DNA of 64,000 bases. Source: Iphione sp. A-MEVVRFRX5 (Eukaryota). The stretch is taken from positions 164,300,001 through 164,364,000 of the forward strand of contig OZ320313.1 in assembly GCA_976226885.1 (NCBI GenBank), in the 5' to 3' direction. The notes under the pieces are model-generated. The model searched no databases and was not told where the DNA came from. It saw nothing but the letters and a program-made list of their open reading frames with translations. The position numbers were made by a program, and so were the translations under genes. Position 1 is the stretch's first letter. Every line of letters begins with the position of its first letter. Below, one piece after another: positions 46,745 to 60,600 of the stretch.

Positions 46745-48676
46745 GTAGGTGACCGCAGGGCCTTTTCGGCTCCTATCTGTGCATTTGATTGAACGCATGT
46801 GAAAGGTGGGATTTTTGTCTCATAGTCGTCTGCCGGGTCCTTTTCGCATCCGGGATCCAGATGGTAGGATTGTCCTGCGTTTTCACGTTATATAATGGTA
46901 TTACTTCTGAAGTAAGCACCTGCTATTCTTCATTATACTTCATTTAGTCGATGTGTAACTTAAGTTACAACGGAAACCTGAATAGATGTTGCTTATGTTA
47001 CTAACACAACATAAATGCATGCAACCTTTCATATAGTAGGCCTATATATGTATCTGTTTATTGATTCTAGTGATTCTTAAATGCAATGTTAATATGTCAT
47101 TATTTCATTTCGTCCCTGCAAGAGCATTATTAACGCAAACATGCCTAAAATTGACACCGATTGTAATGTCAAAAAAAAAAAATGTTAAGTTCTACCATTT
47201 GCCCATGTCTTGCACTAGAGTAGAAGTGCCCAAAACCTCACCGTTCATTTGAGGTAGACCCCTTCGCACCTTCAGGTCCAAGAACATACCTTCTGCCACC
47301 TTAGCTTCCAGAATCCAGCCTACCTCACTCAGTGTATGATGAGACTAACGTTATTAATGTCTAAACTGTTCCCACACACACCATCACAAAGGGATGGATT
47401 GGCTTCTGTCAGTGCTTTCCACCCACCAGCAGATTATAGCAGTGGCTAATGGGATGTTTTTCAGCTAGAGTCAGTAGGTCTGGTACTCTGTTGGCATGGA
47501 AGTGAGGCTGTCTGGATCAGTTGCATGGTTCAACAAGGTGGAGAACAGGATAGCCTCGTACACACATTCACAAGTGTAATGTATTGGAGTATGTAGTGGG
47601 CTGGAGGAAGGTGGGGACCCCATGTGCACATATCCACATGCACATGAAGTTATGACAAAATATTATAACTGTTTCGAGAAAAATATGGCTATTTATATCT
47701 TGGTATTTGTATCATTCAAGATCACTTCCTTGTCTATGTGAAGTATATGTTGATGTGGGTGAGGACAATGTGCACAGGGGCCTCCCCCTAATATAATGGC
47801 CTTGATATGGTTACTTTCTTCTGTTGACCTTTTCAGACATTTCACCGTACGGAGGTCACTCATATAGAACACTTCATATGACTGTTATAATCACCCAGTT
47901 TCCACAAAATGTTTGCAGCAGGCTTCGTCTTTTTCTGACATACTTCTTTCAAATGACACGAAGTGATTTCAGCAACTAAAGTTTCAGCAATCTCTGATAA
48001 ATCTTACCGCAAATAAGTCACCATACGGCATCACATAGCTGACTGAGCTGGCCATGGGAACCACATGAGAACTGCAGTGGTACCCGTATGCCAAGATTGG
48101 TTCAGTTCACACAGGTAGTAGGACAGGACCACCACTCCATGGTGGCTCTAAGGTGTATTTGTATGAGTTCAGGTGTGCTGCACCTGGTGCGGTACAATAT
48201 AATTAACATAGATCGTAGAAAGCATAAACCATAGAAAGCTACAGACGTGTGGAGTCCTTTTTTGATTCCATGCTACCTTTCTGTACATTTTTACAAGATT
48301 TGTGCACGACTGCATTAGTACTAACACCTCAAGTAGACATTTGCTGCATAGCTTTCAATACATAACAGAATACTGAACAGTCATAAGAGGATGCTACATA
48401 CATATTATATAATCCATGGGTCTTAATCTGGCCATTCCCACAAAAAAAATGAGGATTAAGTTATCATCCTATTACCCTGGGTAAGTATCACTAGGAGCGA
48501 TATGCCTTTACTTATAGGCAGATTAAGGTAAAAATTTATTTGGGGATATCACTTCGAAAACGTAAGGATACCAGGATGCCACAGTCAGATGCATCACCTA
48601 ATACCTTACAGAGAGGGATCTGGAGATATGGGGTAGGCTGTACATGTACCGTCTCAGTGCTCAGTACATGTATGTA

Positions 48677-48848
48677 CAGTGGAAACCCTATTTCCGACCA
48701 CATCAGTTTCAAACATTCTCTATTTGCAATCACCTGAAGTGGGAACCGAATTCTCGATATCTGAACATCTGTCTATTTGTGACCAAATTCACCAATGAGA
48801 TCACTTTAGCTTGGTCCCAAGTGGTGATCACAACTAGGGGTTCTATTG
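48677..48848. mobile_element. Short pogo-type MITE
   Basis: TA|cagtggaaacccta...taggggttctattg|TA; right end resembles that of 51138-51721. Confidence 0.65.
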
Positions 48849-51137
48849 TATTCATACCTGTATCAGGTGCTTTGCCCCGTTCAATGGAAAACCCCACGTT
48901 TATAGTGACAGTATCATCAGCCGTTGTCTCCCTTGTGTACATATATGTAAACCAGAAATACAGCATCTACACACACATCTTCTATATCTCGCGATAGTTC
49001 ACTTTTAAGCATTTGGACGCAGTGGGAGATTTATAATTGGTCAACATATCCCCTGCAAGATTTCTGTGGCATTTAGCGTGGCAACAGTTAGATGACCACA
49101 AACCGAGACCCTACAAATAGTTTAAAAACCACCGATTCTCAATACTTTTCGGTTCGGTCATATTTTAAACTAGAATGATATAAGATCATATCCCTGTATG
49201 AACCTTTGACGTTCTTCCATATATGGGATCTCCAAATGCTGGTTTTGCATGATCCTGCTACAAACCAGAGCCAAACAACGAAGGTAAATGTGCTTGAAGT
49301 TTACTCCTTCGTATATATACATATACATACACAAGGCCCTGAATGTACACTAGAGATTCACCACTAGCATGAATTCATGGTTTTTTTCCCCACGGAAATG
49401 GTATTGTTGCATGTTAGCCAGATGGATGCCAATTTCGGCAGCGCTCAGGATTGCCGTATGAAGTACTGTGCGGTAGATCTGCAGTATACGACAATAAAAG
49501 TTAGCTTCCGAATAAGTCGCCGACTTACAGATATTTACTAGGTATGAGTCACATCCCACTTTTATAAGGAAGGACAATGAAGAGGAGAGAAACTCTTATT
49601 ATCTTTTGCTTCCATGCACTTAGTAACAGTACCTCAGTTATGGGAGTGATTAACAAATAAAGAAAAAGACCCAGTTTAAAACGTGACCGCTAGAGAGACT
49701 TTTACAGAGTGATTTTAGAAATTTACATTTCCAAAAATTTTCATGTCGGTTTATGCACTGGAGGTTGGAAATTGTCCCGTGATTTAAAAAAAAAGATTAG
49801 TCTGCTGGCATTTCTTGCAGATACTGTCCTCTCCTCGTAATAAAATCCCATGTCGTATCTCAGTCACTCTTAGACACTCTCATCGTGTATACATATCTTT
49901 GTATACAGTGTTTGCGTATGTGTACACGGCTAAGGACATTGTTTGCATATATTGCAGTCTTATTCTGTCAGCCTCTACCACACGAAACAATGCGCTTTAT
50001 ATCGCCAGACCACCTGAGGCGAGAATCAGAACGTTAGTATCACATTGAGCTTTTCAATGTGGAACACTATACCTGTTCTGAGCAAGATTTACATTGCAAT
50101 CCTTTGGCACAGCTGTGGCCATCTTTTATTAAACGATCGTTAGACGAAGCAGGGATGAAAGAAGACGGAAGTGTGATTGTTTAGGTCTGCATATACCAGT
50201 ATGATATAAAATTGAACCATTCTTTCACTTGGAGGGCGATAAATAACGGTCTGAATGACGATTTATCAAACCATAGTGCAACAATATGACATAAAACCAG
50301 ATTCTTTTTTCTTTTTTTTTTTTTTTTTGGGGGGGGGGGGTAAAATTTTGTAGGCCTCTAGTGTGCTGACGGAAGAACGAGAAGTGCTTGGTATTTTTCC
50401 TGTCCGTTCTTTACAGATACACTGTGGACGGCCTTGTCGAACAGAAGCAATTATTCTTTTATATTATTTTCTTTCTATCGGCTACAGTGTGCATGTACCT
50501 TCAAAATAGTCGTTTAAATCACGGAGTTTTAAGAACAGATCTGTAACCCATACCACGTAGTCGATTCTTTACAGATGACATTAATTTCGTATAATCCCAT
50601 ACATGTACATGTATTGTTTTGCGTACCGACTAAAAAGCCTCCACGTCTGGTTGTTCCTTATATCTGAGTATGATAATAAATGGGTTTATTAAACATTCGT
50701 GGGTGGTTAACACAGGATGAATACATTTAGATGCTAAAGGAGACTAGACCGGAGGAGAGACCCAAGTTTTGATACAACCAGAAAGTACCAATTCTTAAAA
50801 AACAAAAAACACTAACAACAAAACCATATGGGACCAGATTTCTCCAGTCCCCCAGGTGGTCTCTTGAGTGAGATAGAACTATACTTTATCAGATGTAATA
50901 GTCTGCTGTATTATTGATTTGCTCCATCATCCAAAACCCCAATATTTAGCTTTCAAGCAGAAATTCACATAACTAACAATATCGTAACACTGGGATTTCT
51001 GGGAGAGATGCCTATGGCGAAAGAAATGTGCTTGCTATAGTCAACCAGTTAATAATGTCATTTCTCCTGTCAAAATGTCATCATACCTGTCTTTTCCTGG
51101 GGCCATCCACACACATGCATGTAAATCCTTACATATA

Positions 51138-51721
51138 CAGGAGAACCTTACTTTGCGACCATATTGCTTTATGACCAAAACGACCATTGCGACCATTTTG
51201 GGTCAGAACAGAATTAATTGTAATACTTTTCCTATATGATAGTCTCTTACTTTGTGACCATATTGCTTTATGACCAAATTCACCATATGACCACTCATCT
51301 TAGGGTCATTTTCTGTAAATTTTACTACTGCTTTGCGACCATCATCAGCTGCAACGTCTCTGATGTTCCTCACACCTTGGAGAAGGTGGCCGGGGTGGTC
51401 GTGGGCGTCAATGGCGACTTCTCTGATGTCCCTCACACCTTGGAGAAGGTGGCCGGGGTGGTCGCGGGCGTCAATGGCGACCTCTCTGATGTCCCTCACA
51501 CCCTGGAGGAGCTGTATCTCACACCTCTTTGAGTCACTTTTAGTCATCAAATTCAGCACTTTTTGGACTTGAAGTCATCAAATTCAGCACTTTTTGGATG
51601 TTTCAGAGAGGGCCCTCAAATTTTTGTGGCAGGGTAGTCAAATTATTGCTTTGCGACCATATTCACTATTGCGACCATTTTGGGCTGACCCAAGTGGTGG
51701 TCGCAAAGTAAGGTTCTCCTG
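51138..51721. mobile_element. Tc1/mariner-pogo-type MITE with perfect 24-bp TIRs and an internal ~63-bp repeat
   Basis: TA|caggagaaccttactttgcgacca ... tggtcgcaaagtaaggttctcctg|TA. Confidence 0.92.
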
Positions 51722-53649
51722 TAGTTCGAGAAATTCCATTCGTTTTTAGTGATTCGCTGCTAAATTAAAGAAAGAAGTAAGATTTTCTTTACTAAACTCA
51801 CCAGAACAGTGTCCTCGCATGACATCACAATAGATTAGAACGAAGCTCTGTAGTATACCATATTCCATCCATCTGGCAGCCATGCCAACCAGTCTTAATA
51901 TATCAGGGGGAAAGAGTTTACAGTCGCATCACGCACACACACAGCTTTGCCATATCTTTATTTGTTTTTTTGCGAAGTCTTTTGGAAGGCAGGTTGACTG
52001 ATAAGCGTTAGTTCATTTGTTAGTGATTTTTTTTTTTTTTATAAATTTCGATTTCAACAGATGCACAAAATCAGCAGGATGCTGGTTTTCAGTTGACACT
52101 GCAACATTTGTAATGGGGAAAAAAGTATTAACAGCAGTATCATACATGCTGAATATCATCCACTAGTGTTTCTCTCAAACATGATACATGTACCCATCAA
52201 TCCATACTTCTATGCAAGGTATTCAAATCATTCAAGGGCAGGGCAATACAGTGAAACCGCAGACTTCCGACAACCGCTAAGCTGGACATTGGAGAGATGC
52301 CCCAGAGAGCAAGTAGAACCAAAATGGATTTTGTTAATGTTATAGTAATTCCACTCTGGAGGAAAATAAACAAGTCGGAGTATCTACTGTTTAGTGCAGT
52401 CCTAGGGTTAACTGAATATAAGGTGCGCACATAATTATATACATTTATATACCATGTACAGTACATGAATGTTCGTGTGTATGTGTAATTGTCATCAATT
52501 ACATTTTCTATTTGACTGAAAATCGTATCAGGTACAAACAGGGAGAAAATTTCGTGCGGATTCCACATCGGATAACTGTTTCAGGGTAGTTCCCATAGCG
52601 AACCGTCCACATTGTTTTCTAATGGACATTTGCCAGCTTCATGTTAACCGTGTCCAAGGAGAACGGTCTGTTTTGGCCCTCCACCGCCCACGCATGGCAG
52701 GTTGTATCACCATACAATGCCTCCACACTCTGGTGGGCTTACAAGCAAGACTCGAGATGCAGTAAGGCGGGTGGAAATCAGATGGGGCTGTTTACGGAAC
52801 CTAGCAGAAACCAATACAGACAAGGTGATGGCGCTAGATTACTGCAAAGAAACGAAAACCGAAAAACCCATTAGCAAAGGGAAAAACTACTGATAGCACT
52901 CCAAGACAAACAGAATGTAATCGGTGCTGGTCCTGTGTGGTCGATATTGATTGCTGCATTAGTGTGAGGCATCCTTCGTCTATGGTTAATCGCTCCACTT
53001 TCGACGGGTGGTAAATGGGTGAGCATGGCATGCCATCATGCTCCTCGAGGTCAGTGATCAATGAGAGCCAGATTCCAACAATGCGAACTGTATTTTTTCT
53101 TTATATTTACTCTGAATGTAGGTGTATTTGGGCTAAGTGATGTATATGTTACAACACTACGTGTATATATCGAACTTGTGATGACTGCTGATACGACATT
53201 TGCTAGACAATTTTGGTGTCTTTAAGTTTTTTTTGGTGCAAATTTAACTATTGTGGATTTCGTTAATTATAGTCAACGCGATGGAGTAACAGCACTATAA
53301 CAACCAAACTGTGCTACGGGGGCAGACTTACCAAGTTAACCCTTGGTTTAGTGCCATATGGCCTGCTTACGTTCCAGCAACTTCTGTCCCATACCAAGTG
53401 CAAAACGGGGCACGTTAACAGAACGATACACATACGTGTATATACGTCCGAGTACGTCTAGCGTGTGTGTAATACCACGGTGACACGTGACTGCGCCAGT
53501 GAACGCAGGCGTATTAGAGTCATTGCATACTGGGCGTTGCTTCTGTAAACGTATGAGAGAAATACAGCCTGCATGGGGAGATACTGATAACAAGGGGACC
53601 TGAGCTTAATTACAAAGGGGCACCATGGATCGTTCTCTTGTGATTTCAT

Positions 53650-53796
53650 ATTCATAAAAAGAACGTATCTTCATAAGTTGGCATCTACTCAGATCCCTGT
53701 CGGCGGAGAGCATATGAGTGGATTGATAGTTTGAATCAAACTGTCAAAATCACCATGGCATTAACACCAACATAGAAATATGCGAGCTATCACCAG
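53650..53796 (+). promoter_or_regulatory. Candidate alternative non-coding first exon of the qtc-like gene
   Basis: TATA-like cataaaaag at about 53653 and a perfect CAG|GTAAGT donor at 53797. Confidence 0.35.
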
Positions 53797-54970
53797 GTAA
53801 GTACCCGCACCACCTGTGACCAGACGTCAGCACTGTAATAAACGAGGTGCTAATTCAGTTAGCGCCCATTGCGTGAGGATTGGGTAGAGCATATTCATCA
53901 TCAGTTTATCGTGGACCAGTTTACCATCTCGTCTTCTTTTTTTTCAAATGCGGTTTTTATCTCTATTGCCCAACTTTATGATGCCAATATCTGTACACTA
54001 ATGTAGTGTGTAAAACCCTCTATATACCAGGGCCAGAGTGGGCGGGGTCCTGTATCAGTTGGGCCGGACGGAGTGGTACACAAAGGTTGGGTAATGGCTC
54101 CAAGGCGCTCCGTGTAAAGCATGGGACAAAATGCATGTTCATGTGACCCGCATGTACTTCTGGGAAAAGTGCCTTATATTATGCGGCCGCTGTCAGAGCA
54201 AGCGAATCGTATCAAACTCGTGTAATTTGAGTTTAAATTCTAGATTGTTATTGTGCTCTCCGAGAGTTAGACATGGCTGTTGCCACCTCACTCCACTCCA
54301 TATACATGTATACCTGTGTCTTTTATAAATAGAACAGACAAAATGTAATGTTAAATGTTGAGTTTACTTCTGGAATGAAACATAAGAACCTCTGGGACTG
54401 GCACATCATTAACCATGTTTGGTCAGTGCAAACAAGCAAGTCATTTTACTGCGATTAGTGCTACCAGACTCAAAAAGATGAGTAATGAGATTGAGTGTAG
54501 TAAAAAGTATTCCGCCCATCTCGATTAGTTTATTCTCGATGGAATTTCGGTTCCCTGTGTGGAACTTATTGGAAGATCTTCACAGAGAGTCAGAGAATCT
54601 TTCGTCAGTGCTTATAGTGTGATATACAAATGTATAGTATCCGAAATGATATTGAAAGATAACAGATTTACTAATTATGTTACATTTAAATCATTAACCT
54701 ACGTATGCGACTCTAAGGTTTGATGCAAGTGTTTCGACTTCACGGTAATGGCTTGAATTTGAACTTTGACTCTTTCACGTCGCTTATTTGTCATCTAAGA
54801 TGTGTCTTTGGGAGCACTACGTATTCAAGAACCAGCCTACAATGACTGACAGCCTCAGCACCGGTGATGTTAGCCAGATAACAGTGTAGTAAATACATAC
54901 ACACTAAGTTCCAATTTGGCTACATGTGTAGTGGTGTTGCGTGTTCACGCATGGACCACCATGATATTTG

Positions 54971-55013
<43 letters not shown>

Positions 55014-56453
55014 GGAACAACTTGTAATTGTGGAGGTGCAAACGATGAACATGCAACACATCACATACACGTATGCATCAGTAGGGTGAAATGGCAAGAC
55101 AATGCATGGCCCTTTAAGGACCTACATGCCACACAGCTGCATGGAAATTAAAGCCTAACTATGCATAAAAATGACAGATACCAGTATAACCAGTGACAGC
55201 TATCAGATCATTTTATGATGCAGTAGAAAGATTCACAGGAACCAGCCTGCAATGACAGACAATCCCGTCACCAATGATATCTCTCAGGCAACAATGTACA
55301 TGTAGTAGATTCAACTAGACTGGTTCCACATACAAAGATGGACAACCACGTAATCCGCGAACCCAGCTGGTACACATATTTGTCCCCAGCATACAGTAAC
55401 CTACAAATCTGTGGCCAGAAAACTGTTTCACTCTTTCTGAAGTGGATTTACATACACTAGGCTTTATCCATTCTACTCGTCAGTGAAGATTGCAACACCC
55501 AGATGCGCGCGCCCGGCTGTCAGCTATTGCTCGCTGTGCAGTATGTATCGACTCTTTATTGACGCGACGACGCCCGAGGGATCGATACCCTCACTATCTG
55601 ATATTTATACGGCAAGGGAGGCGCCCTGTGCCAAGTCTTCGCGACATCATCCATCAGTGTCCGTTGCTGTATGTTGCTGCGAGAGACCCGCTGAGAACGT
55701 GGGAAGGGGGCCGGGGGGGGGCTCTGCCAACAGGAGGAGATCCCTGATTACAGCAAGTTCATAGCATATTTTCATTCGTTTCATGGCTGATCATTTTCCC
55801 ATGGGTTTCACTGCACGGCAATAGATGTAAAGTTTTTGTATCAATTCTGCACGTGCACAGGGATGCAATTTTTTTTTATTTAGTTAGGGGGCACAGCATG
55901 AAAGGAACGCTGCCACAATGTGGAACTATAAATCTTGTTGTTTAGATTTTCAGTAATAATGTAACTCAGACTTAGCATGCGTTGCGTAACTTTCACTCGA
56001 CACTTTTTTTTCTCTATTTCTACACAGTGAAAAATTTCCTCTCTTATGTGCGAATCTAACTTGTGAAGCCCTATCAAGATTGTTACAAAAATCTGACCCA
56101 GTAGTTCCCCTATGAGAAAAATGCCAGGTTTTAATTTCGTTTATAAGAAAATGACTAAACGAAGTGCAAAATTGATCAGTTTTTCAATGACACTTGTACA
56201 CTACTTGATCTCATCGGAATATCTTTAGTCCATAGAACAAAACAGACTGACAATATGCCCTCACAAACACAGCTTACATAGGACACAAACGTTCATATAT
56301 ATGTAACATTCCTGTAAATATGAAAAAGAAATGGTACTTTAGTAGTATGGGTATTATATACACCACAAGTTGCCGCTGAATTCGCCCTCTGAACATGTAG
56401 AGCGATGAGATGGTTTGCCTATGTTGACTTGGATTCTTATCAGAGCTCATGAG

Positions 56454-56542
56454 CCAATCTTGTGGGCGGAACCATCACGAATGGGTCTATATACGACACA
56501 GTGCTGCCTGGCACATTCTGCCAGCGCTGCATGACCAGGCAG
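56454..56542 (+). promoter_or_regulatory. Candidate proximal promoter and short first exon of the qtc-like gene
   Basis: CCAAT 56454, GGGCGG 56464, TATATA 56488, donor CAG|GTCAGT 56543; acceptor ttttttcAG at 57509. Confidence 0.5.
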
Positions 56543-56991
56543 GTCAGTTTTCTTCTGCATTTTTTTAAAAATCCCTATTCTCATTCGGTTATTCTTGATG
56601 CTGACCTCAAAATATCTTGGGTTTTAGTTCTTTCTTTGCTATGAAGGGTTGGGAGATTCCGACTTTTTTCCTTAGTAGCCTTTCTTTTCTGAGATGAAGC
56701 GTCTGTTTACTCTCAGAGGAAATCAATTCCCTGCCCTTGCCTCGCTCACGACATAATCTCGTCTGGCATGTAATTTATCGACAGTGGTTTGGAATGTGGT
56801 GGACGAATTCGATGTCATTTTCTACCTGCGCGACGTGGCTATGTTTTTACCCAGTGATGCAACCGTGAACTGGGAGGTTTAGAGTACTTAACCCTCCATC
56901 CATAATAGGTACATGCATCGGTGTCATTTTCTAGTCTAGTAGACAAGATGTAATACAGACTTACGATTCCTAAAGCGGATATATATATTTA

Positions 56992-57022
<31 letters not shown>

Positions 57023-57629
57023 CTACACGTAGACTGTGTCATACACTAACCAGTCTCACATCCATTACTTTACATCTTTACACTGGAGAAAATGGTTCAG
57101 GGTGGTAAAAGGATTTCAGATACGCATAGACAAAATACATGAAGATACATTAGATGGATAATAAGCATGAAACGAGGCTATATAGTTCCTACCCAAAAGA
57201 TGCGACCGTGGAAGTGTGAAAACAATGTTTGATGGTCATGGAATGAGTTGCCTTATTTTAATCAATGTACATGTAAATATGTTTGTGTAGTAAACATATG
57301 GTGGAAAGTCCTTCGTTGTCCGTATCGCACGTGGTTATATAGGTAATTGCAGTATGAGAAAGTCGGCACTAACACGTCGTTTGTAAACTGCAGAAACAAA
57401 ATACGCCGACAGTGGTGAGAGAGTTCCTGGCTAAGAAATGTTAAAAGTGTGGGTGGTATGTTATACAGTCTGGTTCGCTGTATCCTCATAAAGGTCTCCT
57501 TTTTTTCAGGGAAGGCCGCGGCCCATGGCCGCGGAGACTCCGTGAGACTCAACGTCTACCTGGGACGCCAGCGTCCATGCGCAGGACGCCGGAAGTGAGT
57601 GACATTATCGTCGGCAAACTCTGACCAGC

Positions 57630-60600
57630 ATGAGCGCGGTGGAGATTGTTCAGACGAACGGAAATAAGGTCGGCAGCGTCCGGAAGGGCTCCGCCGGCGA
57701 ACCGACGGAAGTGGAAGCGACCTTCTGCGGTGCCGACAGTAATCCGGAAGACAGCCTCGAGGACATCCCTTCCGCCTTAACCAGCAGTGAAGGACTTCCG
57801 GTCTCCAAGAGCGACGCCTTCTTCGACCGGATGAGCCGGTCGGCAAGGGCGGCGGGCGGGGCCGGGAATGTCGCGACGGCGAAGGGTAGCCCGGCTAAGA
57901 CGGCTTCTCCATCGGCTTCCGCTATTAGACGTGCGGCGTCGGTGACGGGCGCGGCATGCGAGGACTTCCGGCAGTACGTCGGACATATGTCGCCGACGAT
58001 TTCGTCGCGGCGCCGATGCAACAGTAATAACAACAGTAACAGTGACACGAGCAGCCTGGTGTTAGTGTCGAGGAGGAAGAGCACCAAGGAGAAGGAGAAG
58101 GACAGTATCAGCCTGCCCTGTACCATGACGCGCCCGACCCCGCGCGAGAACCGAGCCTGCCGCAAGCGTATTGAGCTCTCACACCGCAACCATCTTGACT
58201 TCCCCCACGAACATTACGTCGACCAGGTCCCAGATCTCCACCATCACCACCATCATCACCATCACCATTCCCACCCCCATTCCCACGGACACTCCCAGCA
58301 TGGTAAGCACGAGTCCGGTCAAGCGGGTGGTCCCGCGCACGGACACAGCAACGGACATAGCAGCAACGCGGGAAGCTCTACAACCAGCAGTGGTAGTTCT
58401 GGAGGAGTCGGCAGTGCCGGCGGCGGCGGCGGTCGCGGGGATGGAGTACATCTCAATAATGCTGCCTCCAACGTCAGTCACAGCCACGCGCATACTCAGT
58501 CATCGTCGGTGTCCTCCGGAGCAGCTGCTACCGGTTCCGGTGTTTCCAGTTCCGGTGTACGTGGCGGCCATGGTTACGCGAGCGAGGTGTCGGCGGAGGA
58601 GTACCTGACGCCGCTGCAGCGTAAAGATCAGGTGATCCGCGGGTTGAAGGAGGAGCTGAAAAGGACACAAAAGAAGGTCGGCGATCTGACCGTTACCATG
58701 GAGAAGGGGCGCGAGGAGGCCGCCCGGCTGCAGCTGCTCATCGACGAGAAAGGTGAGTAGGGAACGTGAGAGAGGGAGAGGAGGACAAGGGAGAGAGTAA
58801 AGGGAGAGACGGATAAGGAGAGACAGGAGGGTAGAGAGAGATGGATAGAAGCTAAGGAGGAGGAGAGTAGAGGGAAGAAGGCAAAGAGGGACAGTGAGGG
58901 ATAGATGGAATGAGGGCGAGGAGGGGAGAAAGACGAGGAAGGAGAAGGAGAGGATACAAAGGAAGAGATAGGGACAGAAAGGGATGGAGAGAAGAGAAGG
59001 GATTTGAGAAGGAAAGCGAGAAAGAAGGAAGACAGGAGGAGCTATACGAAGAAATGATGGAGAGTGGGCGAGAGAGGTATAGACAGTTAGACCGCGTGTG
59101 AGAGAGATACGTAGAAGGACAGACAGCATCAGTCAGAGAGGCTGACAGGTATGAAGCCAGGTAAACGAAAAAGAAGAGAATGGTGTATAAGAACCAGGAA
59201 TACAAATTCTACTAGCATTCCACAAGGTTATTTAGAAGAAATCTCATTATAAGAGAGACCAAGATCGCACTGTTTACCGGTCATCGTGTGATGTATATCT
59301 GGCGCCTCATTTCTTTGTGCAGAGGTTGAGATAGAGAAGGTAAAGGAGGAGAAGAACCAGGAAATCGGTCGCATCCAGGAGAAGGTACTCAACACGATGC
59401 AGGAACGATCGGTGGACGAGCAGCAGCTTAGGGACAAAATCGTCGAGCTGAACGAGCTCATCGAGGATCGAGACAAACGGGTACGTTTCTGCAGCTCGGT
59501 GGAGAGTACCTTTTTCCCAGAGGACTCAGGAAATTAGCTTATCCCAAGGTCTATTTTATGTATTTTTTTTCACTGTTACGTCTCTGTCCCCCACCCCCAC
59601 CTAGCCATTTCCAAACCCATTTGGCGACAATAATGTATGTTCTATTAAATCCCCCCAAAAGGGTACGAAACCCTGTCTATATAACCTGCATTCAATTACC
59701 TTTGATGTGAAGAAATTCACATCTTCTTTTAACTATTTAAATTTAGACATTTCTAATTGAAAGATGGAATTATTTTTGTCAACAAATTGGAGGAGCAATC
59801 TCCATGACAGTGCATGCAGGAGGCTTGACAACCACATTCTGGATGCCATAACAGGGTAGTGTCTGCTCTCGTTATGTGCTGTTTCGTTTTTTTGGGGGGG
59901 CAGTATTTATGTGTCCTTCCTTCTTTCGGTTTTTTCTTTCATTTATTGATTGATTTTCCCTTTGGATTGCATTCGCGTACCCTTTTATTATGAACTTGAT
60001 CTGGATTGTTATAGTACATCTATGTACATGTAAACCCCAAATGTTCTCTCCATCCCATTACAACCTTTCATTTCTGCAATAATTCAACAGTATACATGTC
60101 CATATTATTCTTCTCCTCTCCCACATCTTGTTCTTCTCTCATTCTCTCTGTCCGTCTCTATTCAGTGTCTCTTTGCCTGCTTTCATCTTTATATCTGAAC
60201 GTCTGTAAGTTTGACTCTTTCTACCAAATAACTTTTAGTACCTCCTGTCCCTCTCACCTGTTCTTTTTTTTTTTTCACCTCGCTCTCTCTCTGATTTCTT
60301 CAGGCCGAATGTCTGTTAGGTGAGAAGCGGCACGAGATTCTCGAGTTGCGTGAGAAAGTCGAGGAGCTGGAGTTCAACTACGACGAGCTGGTGCACATGT
60401 TTGAAGAGGCAGAGGCCACCAACAAGGCCCTGGAGAAGGAGCTCAGCATCCTCAAGGTAGCGCTACACTGTTCCACTATGACAGCTCTGTATCACCCCAC
60501 AGTCCTCAAAGTAGTTACACAACATCTGCCATGTAGCACGTCAATCCTTAAGATCACCAAAAACCATTCACTGCAGAATCTCAGTAATCAAGGTCACTAT

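Noticed and set aside
52197-53061. piggyBac-transposase-like snippets (NPHEIFSLFVPD; ERLTIDEG) and an integrase-like HSGG..KT..W
   Set aside because: The two piggyBac-like motifs are in the wrong order on the minus strand, no TIR/TTAA ends were found, and similarity is too short to trust without an HMM search.
53700-53770. AYEWIDSLNQ, resembling a PH-domain terminal helix (possible third PH exon)
   Set aside because: The PDZ-PH gene already ends at 41055, the frame has a stop just upstream, and no other PH exons lie nearby.
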